Source: Chloroflexi bacterium ADurb.Bin180
GTDB lineage: Bacteria > Chloroflexota > Anaerolineae > UBA2200
DNA length: 64,000 nt
Direction: 5' to 3'
Assembly (NCBI GenBank): GCA_002070215.1
Contig: MWCV01000009.1
Coordinates: 21,778-85,777 of the forward strand
In this document: in pieces, positions 39,601-46,609 of the stretch
How the letters are laid out: the number at the start of each line of letters is the position of its first letter
Position numbering within the stretch: the stretch's first letter is position 1
Made by a program: the position numbers and the translations under genes
Notes under the pieces: model-generated
Told to the model about the DNA's origin: nothing
Seen by the model: the letters and a program-made list of their open reading frames with translations, nothing else
The model's database searches: none

Positions 39601-39696
39601 TATCTGGCACAATTGGGGGTCTTGGAGGAGTCCGGTACGGGCTTGGTAGTCGAGCCCACTGTATCGAGATTGCTCGCTGCGGTTGGGACGGCGTGA
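33682..39696 (+). CDS. giant (2004-aa) protein with a central AAA+/STAND-type P-loop NTPase domain flanked by long, mostly alpha-helical regions of unknown function
   Basis: An AAAGGAG SD lies 6 nt upstream of the ATG at 33682. The Walker A context 'FFGRQDMIQAIQSPSGPAMVFGGRQLGKSALLRRV' (nt ~37600-37700) has the FxGR...GxxxxGKS arrangement typical of STAND/AAA_16 NTPases. Walker B is 'RVLVLLDEADMF' (nt ~37915-37950). The N-terminal ~1250 aa and C-terminal ~500 aa have no motif I can recognise. Confidence 0.8.
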   Translation: MTDTTPRVTFVQLLERVKSGNHLPDFWAGIDDTRKLHMLEKAGFKDAPSMVKKPKRRANYLRIHMPALTFMLSSEEVARDVVLAWLAANSDLESPQQTEALDDDSSAHLLTVSVDSWKASGQWWKVALAFSTTMLLGEPDDHARHQISQMLDRFETGFPELLDTLRSEHASESKNVSLHPSLDRLMHEAERLWQLLDQLQAQRESPVALAKVPGMSELPALVAAVTEAYSSVQADLVRTSQSVELPRDVVPPAQCSTLEQLRSAYQAVQVALAERERTDSLRRLAEDRNRLADSLEPLTLLVRKDGRPMAELESVRAQARQMADSLRDAPLVPGSESTPELTTDSSKALVVLLNLVSGKLEDAEDSEVDHAFQTVADALGRPLAMAALRGLLEVAAEPSKANTAVPAADTADESPKRTPTEQAKAPSLEPSEVPATAVAVPSVKDGEPPSSGGLPTQTSPAESASAPNEPPPITAPSGPSSNTQPPAVSPAPHTDEGPTTAGEVDAHFWQMVETDLPAAYWLSRAYEAMEETAPVPSWLLAALQGARWLPDARDHVADDLAELALVHEVGPNKVHRLMATAASLVPALVSPNTGMSSWLHDAGVDAIYELVEAVRAFAAHGYGLRHEDLTGVVSKAQVNAEISDVVLRARAWLQDAPKRRMPYHRATEVWRVWTSQTGPLYQVVAQVATNDESTVDKALEAVKEWRRRPLTERVRRDDPYRKSQGSKPIISSSLVKLVNESEEAIAVVEEWAELQRRSRDLEERGDWFHEQVTLLVESVKATLPGCLAGLTSALANDAPVGECVALEEVLASVHEVAALLALGPQPSRRLPRLTGPLALPSPDLTGGLARALLCFPELQLADDGQPTPEAMKPLLQLLIDPDLSTADLRLLLRRWFESQDYRFIDQILEALGDQADLADLRRTAREAQRGSEDIVLERWNQVSGKLAQAVADEVLTPEERSECDGELQDVRGATGRYNYRVLHQRLSALENRVDRARQERLNAQQQEWKSVAERLPRSITDAATRTLIISAVDQSLERRDTVVVADLIAHLKASLDAGHLPDTSLFMSTRPTGDAFAEFVAGVPELSEMIGTRGLAKLANAIAAAGKAERRIGPLSFNLPAPRLKEARSALLAWSELTSLPVDGLVNPTPLAVVLRYLGFTISGECGEVVEQREHDRDWSHLTVRMSAADLSPIPAFGSLQDNRYSIVCQWERPSADVIGSMLRHLRLIGKSVVLLYFGRLTVNQRWQLAQQARKERLSMAVLDSNLLLYLSQERGSRLPVFLQCSLPFAVVNPYVPTGTVPREMFFGRQDMIQAIQSPSGPAMVFGGRQLGKSALLRRVQNEYDRPEREQFALYEDIKLIGDPTSRQPCEALWVRLADGLIRHGVLKSRGETPDKILAQIRDAMENHPGRRVLVLLDEADMFLKSDSDQGFTVVSELKRLMDDTQRRFKVVFAGLHNVQQYQGIPNQPLAHLDSLVVNPLEPRAARQLVEIPMRALGFRFSDQQAVPRVLAYTNYHPGLIQLFCHALVERLLRRPASPAADLEVRQSDVEDVYRSEEVQRALRERFEWTLALDARYQLVALALVHDQMAEHDGYGRAYSLSDVLSICRGWWRQGFEKVRLDQLQGVLDEMCGLGVLVRNTIDHTYRLRSPNLVRLMGSPEDIENALLALGDQQPAIEGVIGESHHAALDDCASIYSPFTYSQARTLNAKRFGVSLMFGSEALGLADAKLASQQFVAPEVLADKAGRWDELSFLARSGEAMRHALQKLLAQYLNVPRLVAYREMHGTSEQLAEQVNSAIEFCTKHARSQRQWLRVLLAFDPAATWEWLSVPVARRQELERSADALVWLRRWDEDGLKQITEQHGKRVNSRVLQRLLRETGGWPLLLRRLVAGWSSELDDPEEGLERLLSDLLEPSGAPPIQFWKSLGVMEVPLAEQVLRAIAVLGEPVEPGDLPSLMEGQVVPCEGECASLCEYLAQLGVLEESGTGLVVEPTVSRLLAAVGTA

Positions 39697-40967
39697 TCCT
39701 AAGCCGTGATAGATTTGAACTGCCCGGCGTCCAGTCATGGGTCGCCGGGATAGCCGATGACCTCGACAAGGGCCAGACAGTATGCCTGCTGCTCCCACAG
39801 CCAGTCGAAGCCGGATTGTTCTGGCCGCCGATTCGCGAGCGCCTGGGCAAGCTTGGAAATAGCATCGCAGAGGTGCATACGCCGGGCATTCCCACGGGTG
39901 CCAGGATGCCGTCGGAGCTTGCCAAGGCTCTAGGCGTCAAGTGGCCCGCATCGACAACTCCGCGCACGTTGCCTGAGCTTGTCCGGAACCCAGAACTACC
40001 GGGGATCATCCATCTGGAGGACTGGGCGGAACTTGCACCTGCGGCTCAGCACGAGTGGCTTACCATCGCTCGCCGCTGGGCCGACTACTCCCGGTCGGCT
40101 TCCTGCGAGGGAGAGGGCTCCACAGCTCTCCTTATCATAGCCAACGCGACCGACAACCTGCAGCCAACGCTAGACTCCGATGTGGCGTTTCGGATCCGAC
40201 TGTGGTGGCAGGTTCCGTCCGTGCTGGAGACGATGCAGCTCTGCCGCATCACAGCGGAGGGGAGTTGGCGCACTCCGCTCCACGAATGGCGGGAGCATAT
40301 ACTGCCCTCATTGGTGGCAGGTGACCTGGAGGCTGCCACCGAGATATGGGACGATTCTCTGTGGGATGTGGACTCACTTCTGCCGCGATTGGATAGCTTG
40401 GCTGAAAAGAGAGGTTGGACGCGAGGGACGATAGAGCCATTGACCAACGGGTGGTTCACCGATCAGAGCCCGGTAGTGGGTGCTGAGTCGGGCCTGGAGC
40501 CACCCCGCAGGCTCTTGAGTCTTTGGGCGCGAGGTCTGGTATGCAGCACTCTGGAGTACGGGCCCACTTTGTCACCGGTCGCGCTTGCCGTTCTGGGGAA
40601 TCGTCGTGAGATTGAGCGGCGTCTGTGGCGCGGGCAGGTGGGCCTGCTCATGCCCATAATCGACGAGCTGCGGCTCGATATCTGTGGGCGTTGGGCTCGC
40701 CGCTTCGGCGCAGATTGGCCGACGAGATGGACTCTTCCAGATTCAGAAGAGGAGGCGCGGGCGATCTACGCTAGTCCGCTGAACTGCGGCTGGGGGCACA
40801 TGGAAACGCTCCTGCGAGGTAGGGCCGAACTGATACGGGAGCGTCCTCTGCTGCCAATGATCGCGCATTCGCGCTACGTGCGCAACGAGCTGGCTCACTC
40901 TCGTCCAGTAAGGTACTATGACTTTAAGGAGCTGCTCGATGCCCGCGGGCTGCTGCCCAGGCTCTAG
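39693..40967 (+). CDS. hypothetical 424-aa protein translationally coupled to the giant NTPase gene
   Basis: Its GTG start at 39693 overlaps the upstream TGA stop (GTGA). It has no recognisable catalytic motif, only a possible degenerate nucleotide-binding-like segment 'GQTVCLLLP...ALLIIANATD'. Its stop codon sits exactly at the junction with the repeat copy. Confidence 0.7.
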   Translation: MILSRDRFELPGVQSWVAGIADDLDKGQTVCLLLPQPVEAGLFWPPIRERLGKLGNSIAEVHTPGIPTGARMPSELAKALGVKWPASTTPRTLPELVRNPELPGIIHLEDWAELAPAAQHEWLTIARRWADYSRSASCEGEGSTALLIIANATDNLQPTLDSDVAFRIRLWWQVPSVLETMQLCRITAEGSWRTPLHEWREHILPSLVAGDLEAATEIWDDSLWDVDSLLPRLDSLAEKRGWTRGTIEPLTNGWFTDQSPVVGAESGLEPPRRLLSLWARGLVCSTLEYGPTLSPVALAVLGNRREIERRLWRGQVGLLMPIIDELRLDICGRWARRFGADWPTRWTLPDSEEEARAIYASPLNCGWGHMETLLRGRAELIRERPLLPMIAHSRYVRNELAHSRPVRYYDFKELLDARGLLPRL

Positions 40968-41358
40968 CCTGCCGCGCGAGTCCATCGACGGTGTGGTCAA
41001 GACGGTGCTGTTCGTCTCCGAGGTGCTGGGCTCGATCATTCCCATGCTCTTTACGCCCGTGCCGACCACCGGCATCTATCAGGACTATGTGCCGTACTTT
41101 CGCACTCGCGGCTGGGACAAAGAGCTGCAGATGCTCAACGGCAAGGTCTATCCCTTCCTGGAGCTGAACGAGGGCTCGCTGCCCGACTATATCGACCTGC
41201 AGCGGCTGATGTTCATGCTCAACACGCACTATCGCGACGCGTCGTTCCGGCCCTTTGCCGACAGCCGGGTCAGCAACGCGTTTCGGAGCAACCTGAGCAA
41301 CGCGTTCTACAAGTACATCACCACCGGGCTCATGGAGCCGGAATACCTGGGCTCCTAG
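40968..41358 (+). pseudogene. displaced 3' fragment of a radical SAM gene (direct-repeat copy 2)
   Basis: It encodes '...LPRESIDGVVKTVLFVSEVLGSIIPMLFTPVPTTGIYQDYVPYFRTRGWDKELQMLNGKVYPFLELNEGSLPDYIDLQRLMFMLNTHYRDASFRPFADSRVSNAFRSNLSNAFYKYITTGLMEPEYLGS*'. This is about 98% identical at protein level to the C-terminal ~130 aa of the 31810..33342 product. It has no start codon or upstream part. Confidence 0.85.
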
Positions 41359-41517
41359 CGGGAATAGCCGGCGCCCGGCAATAGCGAACAAGCTCCCCCG
41401 CACGCTGGAGATTCCCACGCCCCTGGGGCGCAGCTCGGAGCTGGCAGTGACGGGCCACGACGGTCGCCGCCGAAGCAATCTCCCCCATCGTCGCCAGTCT
41501 GTCGGAGGTAGGGGCCG

Positions 41518-43593
41518 GTGACACACTATCGACAGCGGATCGTTCTTGCGGGGATCATCCTTCTTGTGCTGGGCTGCGCATGGCTCGCCTTCCCTGCCGG
41601 GAGCTTCCGCGGCGCGGGCCTGCTCCGGACGCACCTGCCTTTGCGCATCGCCTACGCCGCCGAGCTGGCCAACAGCGGTCTGCCCCTGTGGACGCCGCTG
41701 CTGTACGGCGGCTACCCCCTGCTGGCGGACCCGCAGATGGGAGCCCTTTACCCTCCCCATCTCCTTCTCTACCGCTGGCTGCCGGTGACCTCTGCCTTCT
41801 GCGTTCTCCTGGGCCTCCACCTGCTTTGGGCGGCACTCGGTTTCTATCTGCTCGCCGCGCGGCAGGGGGTGCGGCGCGGGTCCGCCCTGGTTGCGGCCCT
41901 CGTCTATTGCCTGGCCCTGGCTCTCGTTGCCCGGTTCGGTCCCGCGAGCGCCCTGGCCTGCCTGTCCTGGCTGCCCTGGCTCCTCCTGCTAACCGGCCGT
42001 CTGGCGGAGCCCTCTGGCTCATTGCCTGCAGCCCGGCAGACCTCTCTGCTAGCCCTGACCGCGGGGATGACCCTGCTGGCCGGCCCGCCCCGGCGGGCCC
42101 TGCTGTGCCTGCTGGCGGCCGCAGCGTACGGGGCATACCTGTCGCTGGCCCGCGGCCCGCGTCGTCGAACTCTCCCGGCCGTTCTTCTCCTGGCCGGGCT
42201 GCTGGCCGGAGCGGCTCTGGCCTCAGTGCAGCTACTGCCGATGCTCGAGCTGGAGCGGCTGTCCGTGCGGCCTGCGGCTCTCGACCCGGCAGCTCTCCCG
42301 GCCCTCCCTCGCTCCGCGTTGAGCGTGCGGCCGAGGTCCCTGCCCTTCCTCGCCGCGCAGACGGGGATCTACCGCATCTTGACTCAGGAGAAGGACGGCA
42401 TTCCCGCGTCCGGGCAGGTCGAGTCCTACTCCTCCAATCTGTCCCTTGTGTGGGGCCTGCCCACGGCAAGCGGCCTCGCCTCTTTGGTTCCCGCCCGCTA
42501 CGCCCGCTACACCGCTGGCATGACCTCGGCGATGCTCAACCTGCTGGGGGTCAAGTACTATCTGCTGCCCCAGGACTCGACCGCTGCCGCCTACGACCTG
42601 AACGACCCCTTCCTGTACAGTCCGCTGAACGACGTGCTGCCCACGGGGCTGAGGGTGGCCGCCGGCTTCGAGCTCGAATGGTATCTCAGCGATTCGGCCG
42701 AGCTGCGCGATGGCGAGCCCGTGGCGGTTTTCGATTACGTCACCGAGGAATCAGTTGACCTGAACGAGAATGTCCTGACCGTCGGCTCCCACGTCGCCGA
42801 CTGGGCCTATGAGCGCAGCGACGTCCGGGCGGTCGTGGCGCACAATCAGGCCCCCATCGCCCGCACCTTCCCGGCGCGCTCCGGTTCACCGCCGGAGGAT
42901 CACGTAGGCTATGTGTACCGCGCTGTGGTGCGGCTCCCCTACGCGGTACTGGTGAATGGACTGCAGATGCCGGCCATTCTGCCGCCGGACCGCATCCACG
43001 TTGAGCGGGCCACCATGATCGATGGGCAGGGCCACCGGCATCTCCTCTCGCACCTCAAGGGCCTGGGCGACCACACCCTGGCCTACCGCAGCGAGGATGT
43101 GGCCATCTTGGAGAACCACGATGTCCTGCCGCGGCTTTTCCTGGCGTACGAGGCGCGGCCGGTGCCGGACGATGCGCAGGCGCTGGCCCTTCTGCATGGT
43201 GGCCAAGTGGACCTGCAACGGGAGGTTCTGCTGGCCGCTGCGGAGGTTGCGCCTGCCCGGCCGCCGACGGCGGGAACGGAGCGGGTGGCACTGGCGGAGT
43301 ACGGCTCTCGCCGCGTGGCGGTGGAAGTGGAGGTGCCTGCCGATGGCTACCTGGTGCTGACCGATAGCTGGTACCCCGGCTGGCGAGTGTCGGTGGATGG
43401 CCGGGAGGCCCCTCTCCTGCGCGCGGATTTCCTCTTCCGCGCCGTCCACCTGACCGCGGGCGAGCACCGGGTCGAGTTCACCTATCAGCCCGAGCCCTTC
43501 CGCACCGGGGGATGGATCAGCGCAGCGGCAGCGGTCTTTGTTCTGGCGCTCTGGCTGTGGGGTGGAAAGAAGTACGGCCTGGTGGGCGCCTGA
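41518..43593 (+). CDS. YfhO-family polytopic membrane protein (putative glycosyltransferase)
   Basis: 691 aa from a GTG start with a GGAGG SD 9 nt upstream. It has multiple hydrophobic helices and the YfhO-like motif 'LPLWTPLLYGGYPLLADPQ'. The C-terminus 'YPGWRVSVDGREAPLLRADFLFRAVHLTAGEHRVEFTYQPEPF' resembles YfhO C-termini. Confidence 0.65.
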   Translation: MTHYRQRIVLAGIILLVLGCAWLAFPAGSFRGAGLLRTHLPLRIAYAAELANSGLPLWTPLLYGGYPLLADPQMGALYPPHLLLYRWLPVTSAFCVLLGLHLLWAALGFYLLAARQGVRRGSALVAALVYCLALALVARFGPASALACLSWLPWLLLLTGRLAEPSGSLPAARQTSLLALTAGMTLLAGPPRRALLCLLAAAAYGAYLSLARGPRRRTLPAVLLLAGLLAGAALASVQLLPMLELERLSVRPAALDPAALPALPRSALSVRPRSLPFLAAQTGIYRILTQEKDGIPASGQVESYSSNLSLVWGLPTASGLASLVPARYARYTAGMTSAMLNLLGVKYYLLPQDSTAAAYDLNDPFLYSPLNDVLPTGLRVAAGFELEWYLSDSAELRDGEPVAVFDYVTEESVDLNENVLTVGSHVADWAYERSDVRAVVAHNQAPIARTFPARSGSPPEDHVGYVYRAVVRLPYAVLVNGLQMPAILPPDRIHVERATMIDGQGHRHLLSHLKGLGDHTLAYRSEDVAILENHDVLPRLFLAYEARPVPDDAQALALLHGGQVDLQREVLLAAAEVAPARPPTAGTERVALAEYGSRRVAVEVEVPADGYLVLTDSWYPGWRVSVDGREAPLLRADFLFRAVHLTAGEHRVEFTYQPEPFRTGGWISAAAAVFVLALWLWGGKKYGLVGA

Positions 43594-43988
43594 GGGCGTT
43601 CACGCCTGGGCCGAGCCTTGGCTCCCCCGAGCGTAGCGAATGGTCGATGTTCATATCAACCCCATTACTCACACAGACACGATGGAAATCCGTATCTGGT
43701 CTGCAGGCAAGGTTGCGCACTCGGTTGCATAACTCCTCCGCGCTTTGCCCAACTCGTGAGCAACGCCAACCGGTTCGCTTTTCAACTTCGGCTAACACAA
43801 AGAAACGTGTCTTCCCCAGATGCAGCATCTCCTCTACTTCGGACCTGCACAGCGTGCCTTGGCAGTAGCCTAGCAGCAACACCCGAATCTGCTCTGCAGT
43901 GAAACGTCGATGTATCTGGTCCATTGATCCCTCCTACAGGTGTCGGAGGAGTCTACCACAAATCGTGGGCGGCAAGGCCCCGGCGGCA

Positions 43989-44046
43989 GTTCACTTTTCA
44001 ACCTAAAATGGTTCACTTTTGAACTGTAAACAGTTCACTTTTCAAC
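43989..44046. promoter_or_regulatory. three copies of a 14-bp palindrome GTTCACTTTT(C/G)AAC spaced 22 bp apart, a candidate operator array
   Basis: The copies are at 43989-44002, 44011-44024 and 44033-44046. The middle copy, GTTCA-cttt-TGAAC, is a perfect inverted repeat. The array sits 30-85 bp upstream of the -35 of the regulator promoter. Confidence 0.5.
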
Positions 44047-44073
44047 TTTGGATGACAAATGCAAAATTGCCTA

Positions 44074-44102
44074 TTGACAAAGCCGAAAAGTGCCGCTATA
44101 CT
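44074..44102 (+). promoter_or_regulatory. near-consensus sigma70-type promoter for the GntR regulator/catabolic operon
   Basis: TTGACA at 44074-44079, a 17-bp spacer, then TATACT at 44097-44102. It lies in a locally AT-rich segment ~100 bp upstream of the regulator's start codon. Confidence 0.5.
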
Positions 44103-44204
44103 GTGGCACAGTAGATTGTTAGACAATAGACATTGTACAAGTAGTGAGCAGAGCAGCTCGAGGGTTTACGACAACTAGCGTCAGTTTCTGAGTGGAGACT
44201 GTGC

Positions 44205-45059
44205 ATGACCCAACGACTGGTCCGCGACGTTACGTACGATGTAGTAGCGACAAGAGAGCGTGTCTCCGACGGTGTTGCTTCAGCCATGGTGTGGGCCAAT
44301 CACCTTGGCCTCAGCCGTGGGTCGCTGTCGCAAGTCGCGGCTGATATGCTCCGAGCGATGATTCGAGATGGCCGTCTCGCACCCGGCGCCAAGCTCCCGG
44401 GTGAGCCTAAGCTTGCCTCCAACCTCAAGGTAAGCCGCGGGACGCTTCGGTCGGCAATCCACCAGCTCGAACAGCAAGGGCTGGTCTGGAAACGCCGGGG
44501 TGTGGGCACGTTCGTCAGTGCCCGACGACTGCTGCATAACCGCCTCGACCTTTACCTCAGTCTCACTGATCTCATCGAATCCACTGGCCGCAAGCCAGGC
44601 GTAAGTGACCTCTCCGTAGAAGTGATCCCCGCCGACGACCATACGGCCGAGAACCTCCAGGCGCCACTCAATGCGCCGGTCGTATGTTTGCGCCGCACCC
44701 GCACCGCCGACGACGTAGCAGTGATTGCCAATATCGATTACTTCCTGCTCGCCCAGCTCGGGACTGGCTCTGCTTCGGATTTGCTGCGCCGGCTGACCCA
44801 TGGCCTCGAGGAGCTCGGTGGGTTGCAGCGCTTTTTTGAGCGAGAGCTGGGCCGTCCTCTGGATCATGCCATCACTACTATACGGCCCGTGCGAGCCGAT
44901 CACCGACTGCTGCAGGAGATACGCCTGCCAATTACCCGTGGAGCCGTGCTTCTCTGCCTTGAGCAGACCGACTATGACCGCTTCCAGCATCCGCTGATCA
45001 CTGGTTTCGAGTACCACGTCCCCGAGTTCTGCGATTGCACGATCTACCGACACCGCTGA
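44205..45059 (+). CDS. GntR-family (HutC/UTRA subfamily-like) transcriptional regulator
   Basis: The GntR helix-turn-helix is 'DMLRAMIRDGRLAPGAKLPGEPKLASNLKVSRGTLRSAIHQLEQQGLVWKRRGVGTFV'. It is followed by a ~200-aa effector domain. A GGAG sits 7 nt upstream of the ATG. Confidence 0.85.
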   Translation: MTQRLVRDVTYDVVATRERVSDGVASAMVWANHLGLSRGSLSQVAADMLRAMIRDGRLAPGAKLPGEPKLASNLKVSRGTLRSAIHQLEQQGLVWKRRGVGTFVSARRLLHNRLDLYLSLTDLIESTGRKPGVSDLSVEVIPADDHTAENLQAPLNAPVVCLRRTRTADDVAVIANIDYFLLAQLGTGSASDLLRRLTHGLEELGGLQRFFERELGRPLDHAITTIRPVRADHRLLQEIRLPITRGAVLLCLEQTDYDRFQHPLITGFEYHVPEFCDCTIYRHR

Positions 45060-45166
45060 TGACTAGAACATACCCGCTTCAAAGGAGGTGCTCGCGCAAA
45101 ACTTTCGGTGCCGCATCACGAGTCGGGTTGATTACGGTCGATTTCTAGACAGGGAGGACAGCTGAT

Positions 45167-46609
45167 ATGCGGTCGAGAAGCAAATCGTTACAGATCTGGT
45201 TGATAGCTACTATCGTTCTGGCCGTAGTGCTAGGCAGCTGCAAGTCTGCCCCGGCGCCTACGGCAACTGCTGAACCTCAGGTACAGGGATTCAACTGGCG
45301 GAAGTACGCTGGAACAGAGCTGTATCTCTTCTTGAACAAGCACCCGTACGCCGAGGCTTTGCTCGGCCAGATCGGCAAGTTCGAGGAGAAAACCGGCATC
45401 AAGGTCAGATACGACATGCTTTCGGAAGGCGAGTTCATGGAAAAGCTGCGGATCGAGCTCGCTGCCGGGACAGGCCTGTACGATGCCTTTATGACCGGCC
45501 CCTATACGGAATGGGAATACGCTCCGGCTGGCTGGCTGGAACCGCTCGAGCTATTCGTTAACGATCCGGCCAAGACCGACCAGGCGTACTACAAGTTCGA
45601 AGACTTTTACCCCAACACGCTCGCCGCCAACATGTGGGACCTGAACGTGGGCAGCGGTGTGGGGCAGGGCCACCTGTGGGCCGTTCCGACCATGGTCGAG
45701 ACTTATATCATTGCCTACCGCGCCGATCTCTTCGCCAAGTACAATCTCAAGGCTCCGACCACGCTGCAGGAAATGTACGATGCCGCCTCCGTCCTGACCA
45801 AAGGCGAGGGTGGTGATTTTCGCGGCTGGTTGGGCGCTGGCGACAAGGGCGGCAACGCAGTCTGGACCGGATTCCCCTCAACATTAATGTCGCACGCCGC
45901 GACCAAGCTGCCCGACTTTGACATCGTTGACGGCAAGCTCAAGTGCGTCATCAACCAGCCCGCTCTGGTGCCCGTTACGGACCTATGGATCAAGAACGTG
46001 CGCGACAACGGACCCCTGGGCTGGACCGCCATCACCTGGTACGATGCCATGGAGCTGTTCTCTACCGGACGCTATGGCATGATTTATGACTGCGACTTTT
46101 TCGCCTCCAACTTTGAGGACCCCGTCAAGTCGCAGGTCGCGGGCAAGGTCAAGTACGCGTCGCCCGTAGCGCCCGTGGGCGGCACGCCTGCCTCTAGCAT
46201 GTGGACCTGGGGCTTGAGCATGAACTCCAAGTCCAAGAACAAGGACGCCGCCTGGTTGCTCATGCAGTGGGCTACCGGCCCCGATACCCTGCTGGCCGCC
46301 ACACGCGACTTTAGGAACTATAACCCCACTCGCAAGTCAGTATGGGATGATCCGACCGTCTCTGCCACGCTGGGCAAGTGGGGCGAGGGCACTTATATGA
46401 CGGCCGTGCGCGCCAACCTGGAAAAGTACGCCCGGATTGGCTGGACACCAGAACCTCAGATCTGGACTCTGGCCGACTACTGGTCTGTGGCCCTGCAGGA
46501 AATTTGGTCAGGCGCCAAGACCACTCAGCAAGCTCTGGATGATGCAGCAAAGCAAATGGATGCTACTATCGCTCAGGTGGGCATCAAGCCCGGTCCGATA
46601 GGCAAGTAA
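45167..46609 (+). CDS. ABC transporter substrate-binding lipoprotein (family 1, sugar-type)
   Basis: The lipoprotein signal 'MRSRSKSLQIWLIATIVLAVVLGSCKS' contains an LGSC lipobox. An extracellular solute-binding fold follows. A GGGAGG SD is present. Confidence 0.9.
   Translation: MRSRSKSLQIWLIATIVLAVVLGSCKSAPAPTATAEPQVQGFNWRKYAGTELYLFLNKHPYAEALLGQIGKFEEKTGIKVRYDMLSEGEFMEKLRIELAAGTGLYDAFMTGPYTEWEYAPAGWLEPLELFVNDPAKTDQAYYKFEDFYPNTLAANMWDLNVGSGVGQGHLWAVPTMVETYIIAYRADLFAKYNLKAPTTLQEMYDAASVLTKGEGGDFRGWLGAGDKGGNAVWTGFPSTLMSHAATKLPDFDIVDGKLKCVINQPALVPVTDLWIKNVRDNGPLGWTAITWYDAMELFSTGRYGMIYDCDFFASNFEDPVKSQVAGKVKYASPVAPVGGTPASSMWTWGLSMNSKSKNKDAAWLLMQWATGPDTLLAATRDFRNYNPTRKSVWDDPTVSATLGKWGEGTYMTAVRANLEKYARIGWTPEPQIWTLADYWSVALQEIWSGAKTTQQALDDAAKQMDATIAQVGIKPGPIGK

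Larger units (their letters stand above)
33343..40967. other. candidate inserted two-gene cassette bounded by the 392-bp direct repeats
   Basis: The cassette lies exactly between the two copies of the radical SAM 3' end. It carries only the 2004-aa NTPase gene and the coupled 424-aa gene. By eye it has more A/T at third codon positions than the flanking genes. No integrase or transposase was seen. Confidence 0.5.

Noticed and set aside
33343-40967. Calling the cassette a complete integrative mobile element.
   Set aside because: No integrase, transposase or excisionase, and no short att-core, could be identified. Only the long divergent direct repeats are evident, so it is reported as a candidate insertion rather than a defined mobile element.
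40924-41820. 298-aa minus-strand ORF across the rSAM fragment and intergenic region; also 31813..33213 (-), 466 aa, antisense to the rSAM gene.
   Set aside because: These are antisense to the radical SAM coding sequence or its duplicated fragment. The frame is better explained by the sense-strand gene.
43517-43924. 135-aa minus-strand ORF with an HTH-like N-terminus as a real gene.
   Set aside because: It runs 77 nt into the convergent YfhO gene without a stop of its own, it lacks an SD, and only its first ~50 aa look protein-like. It is treated as a probable relic and discussed under the spacer finding.
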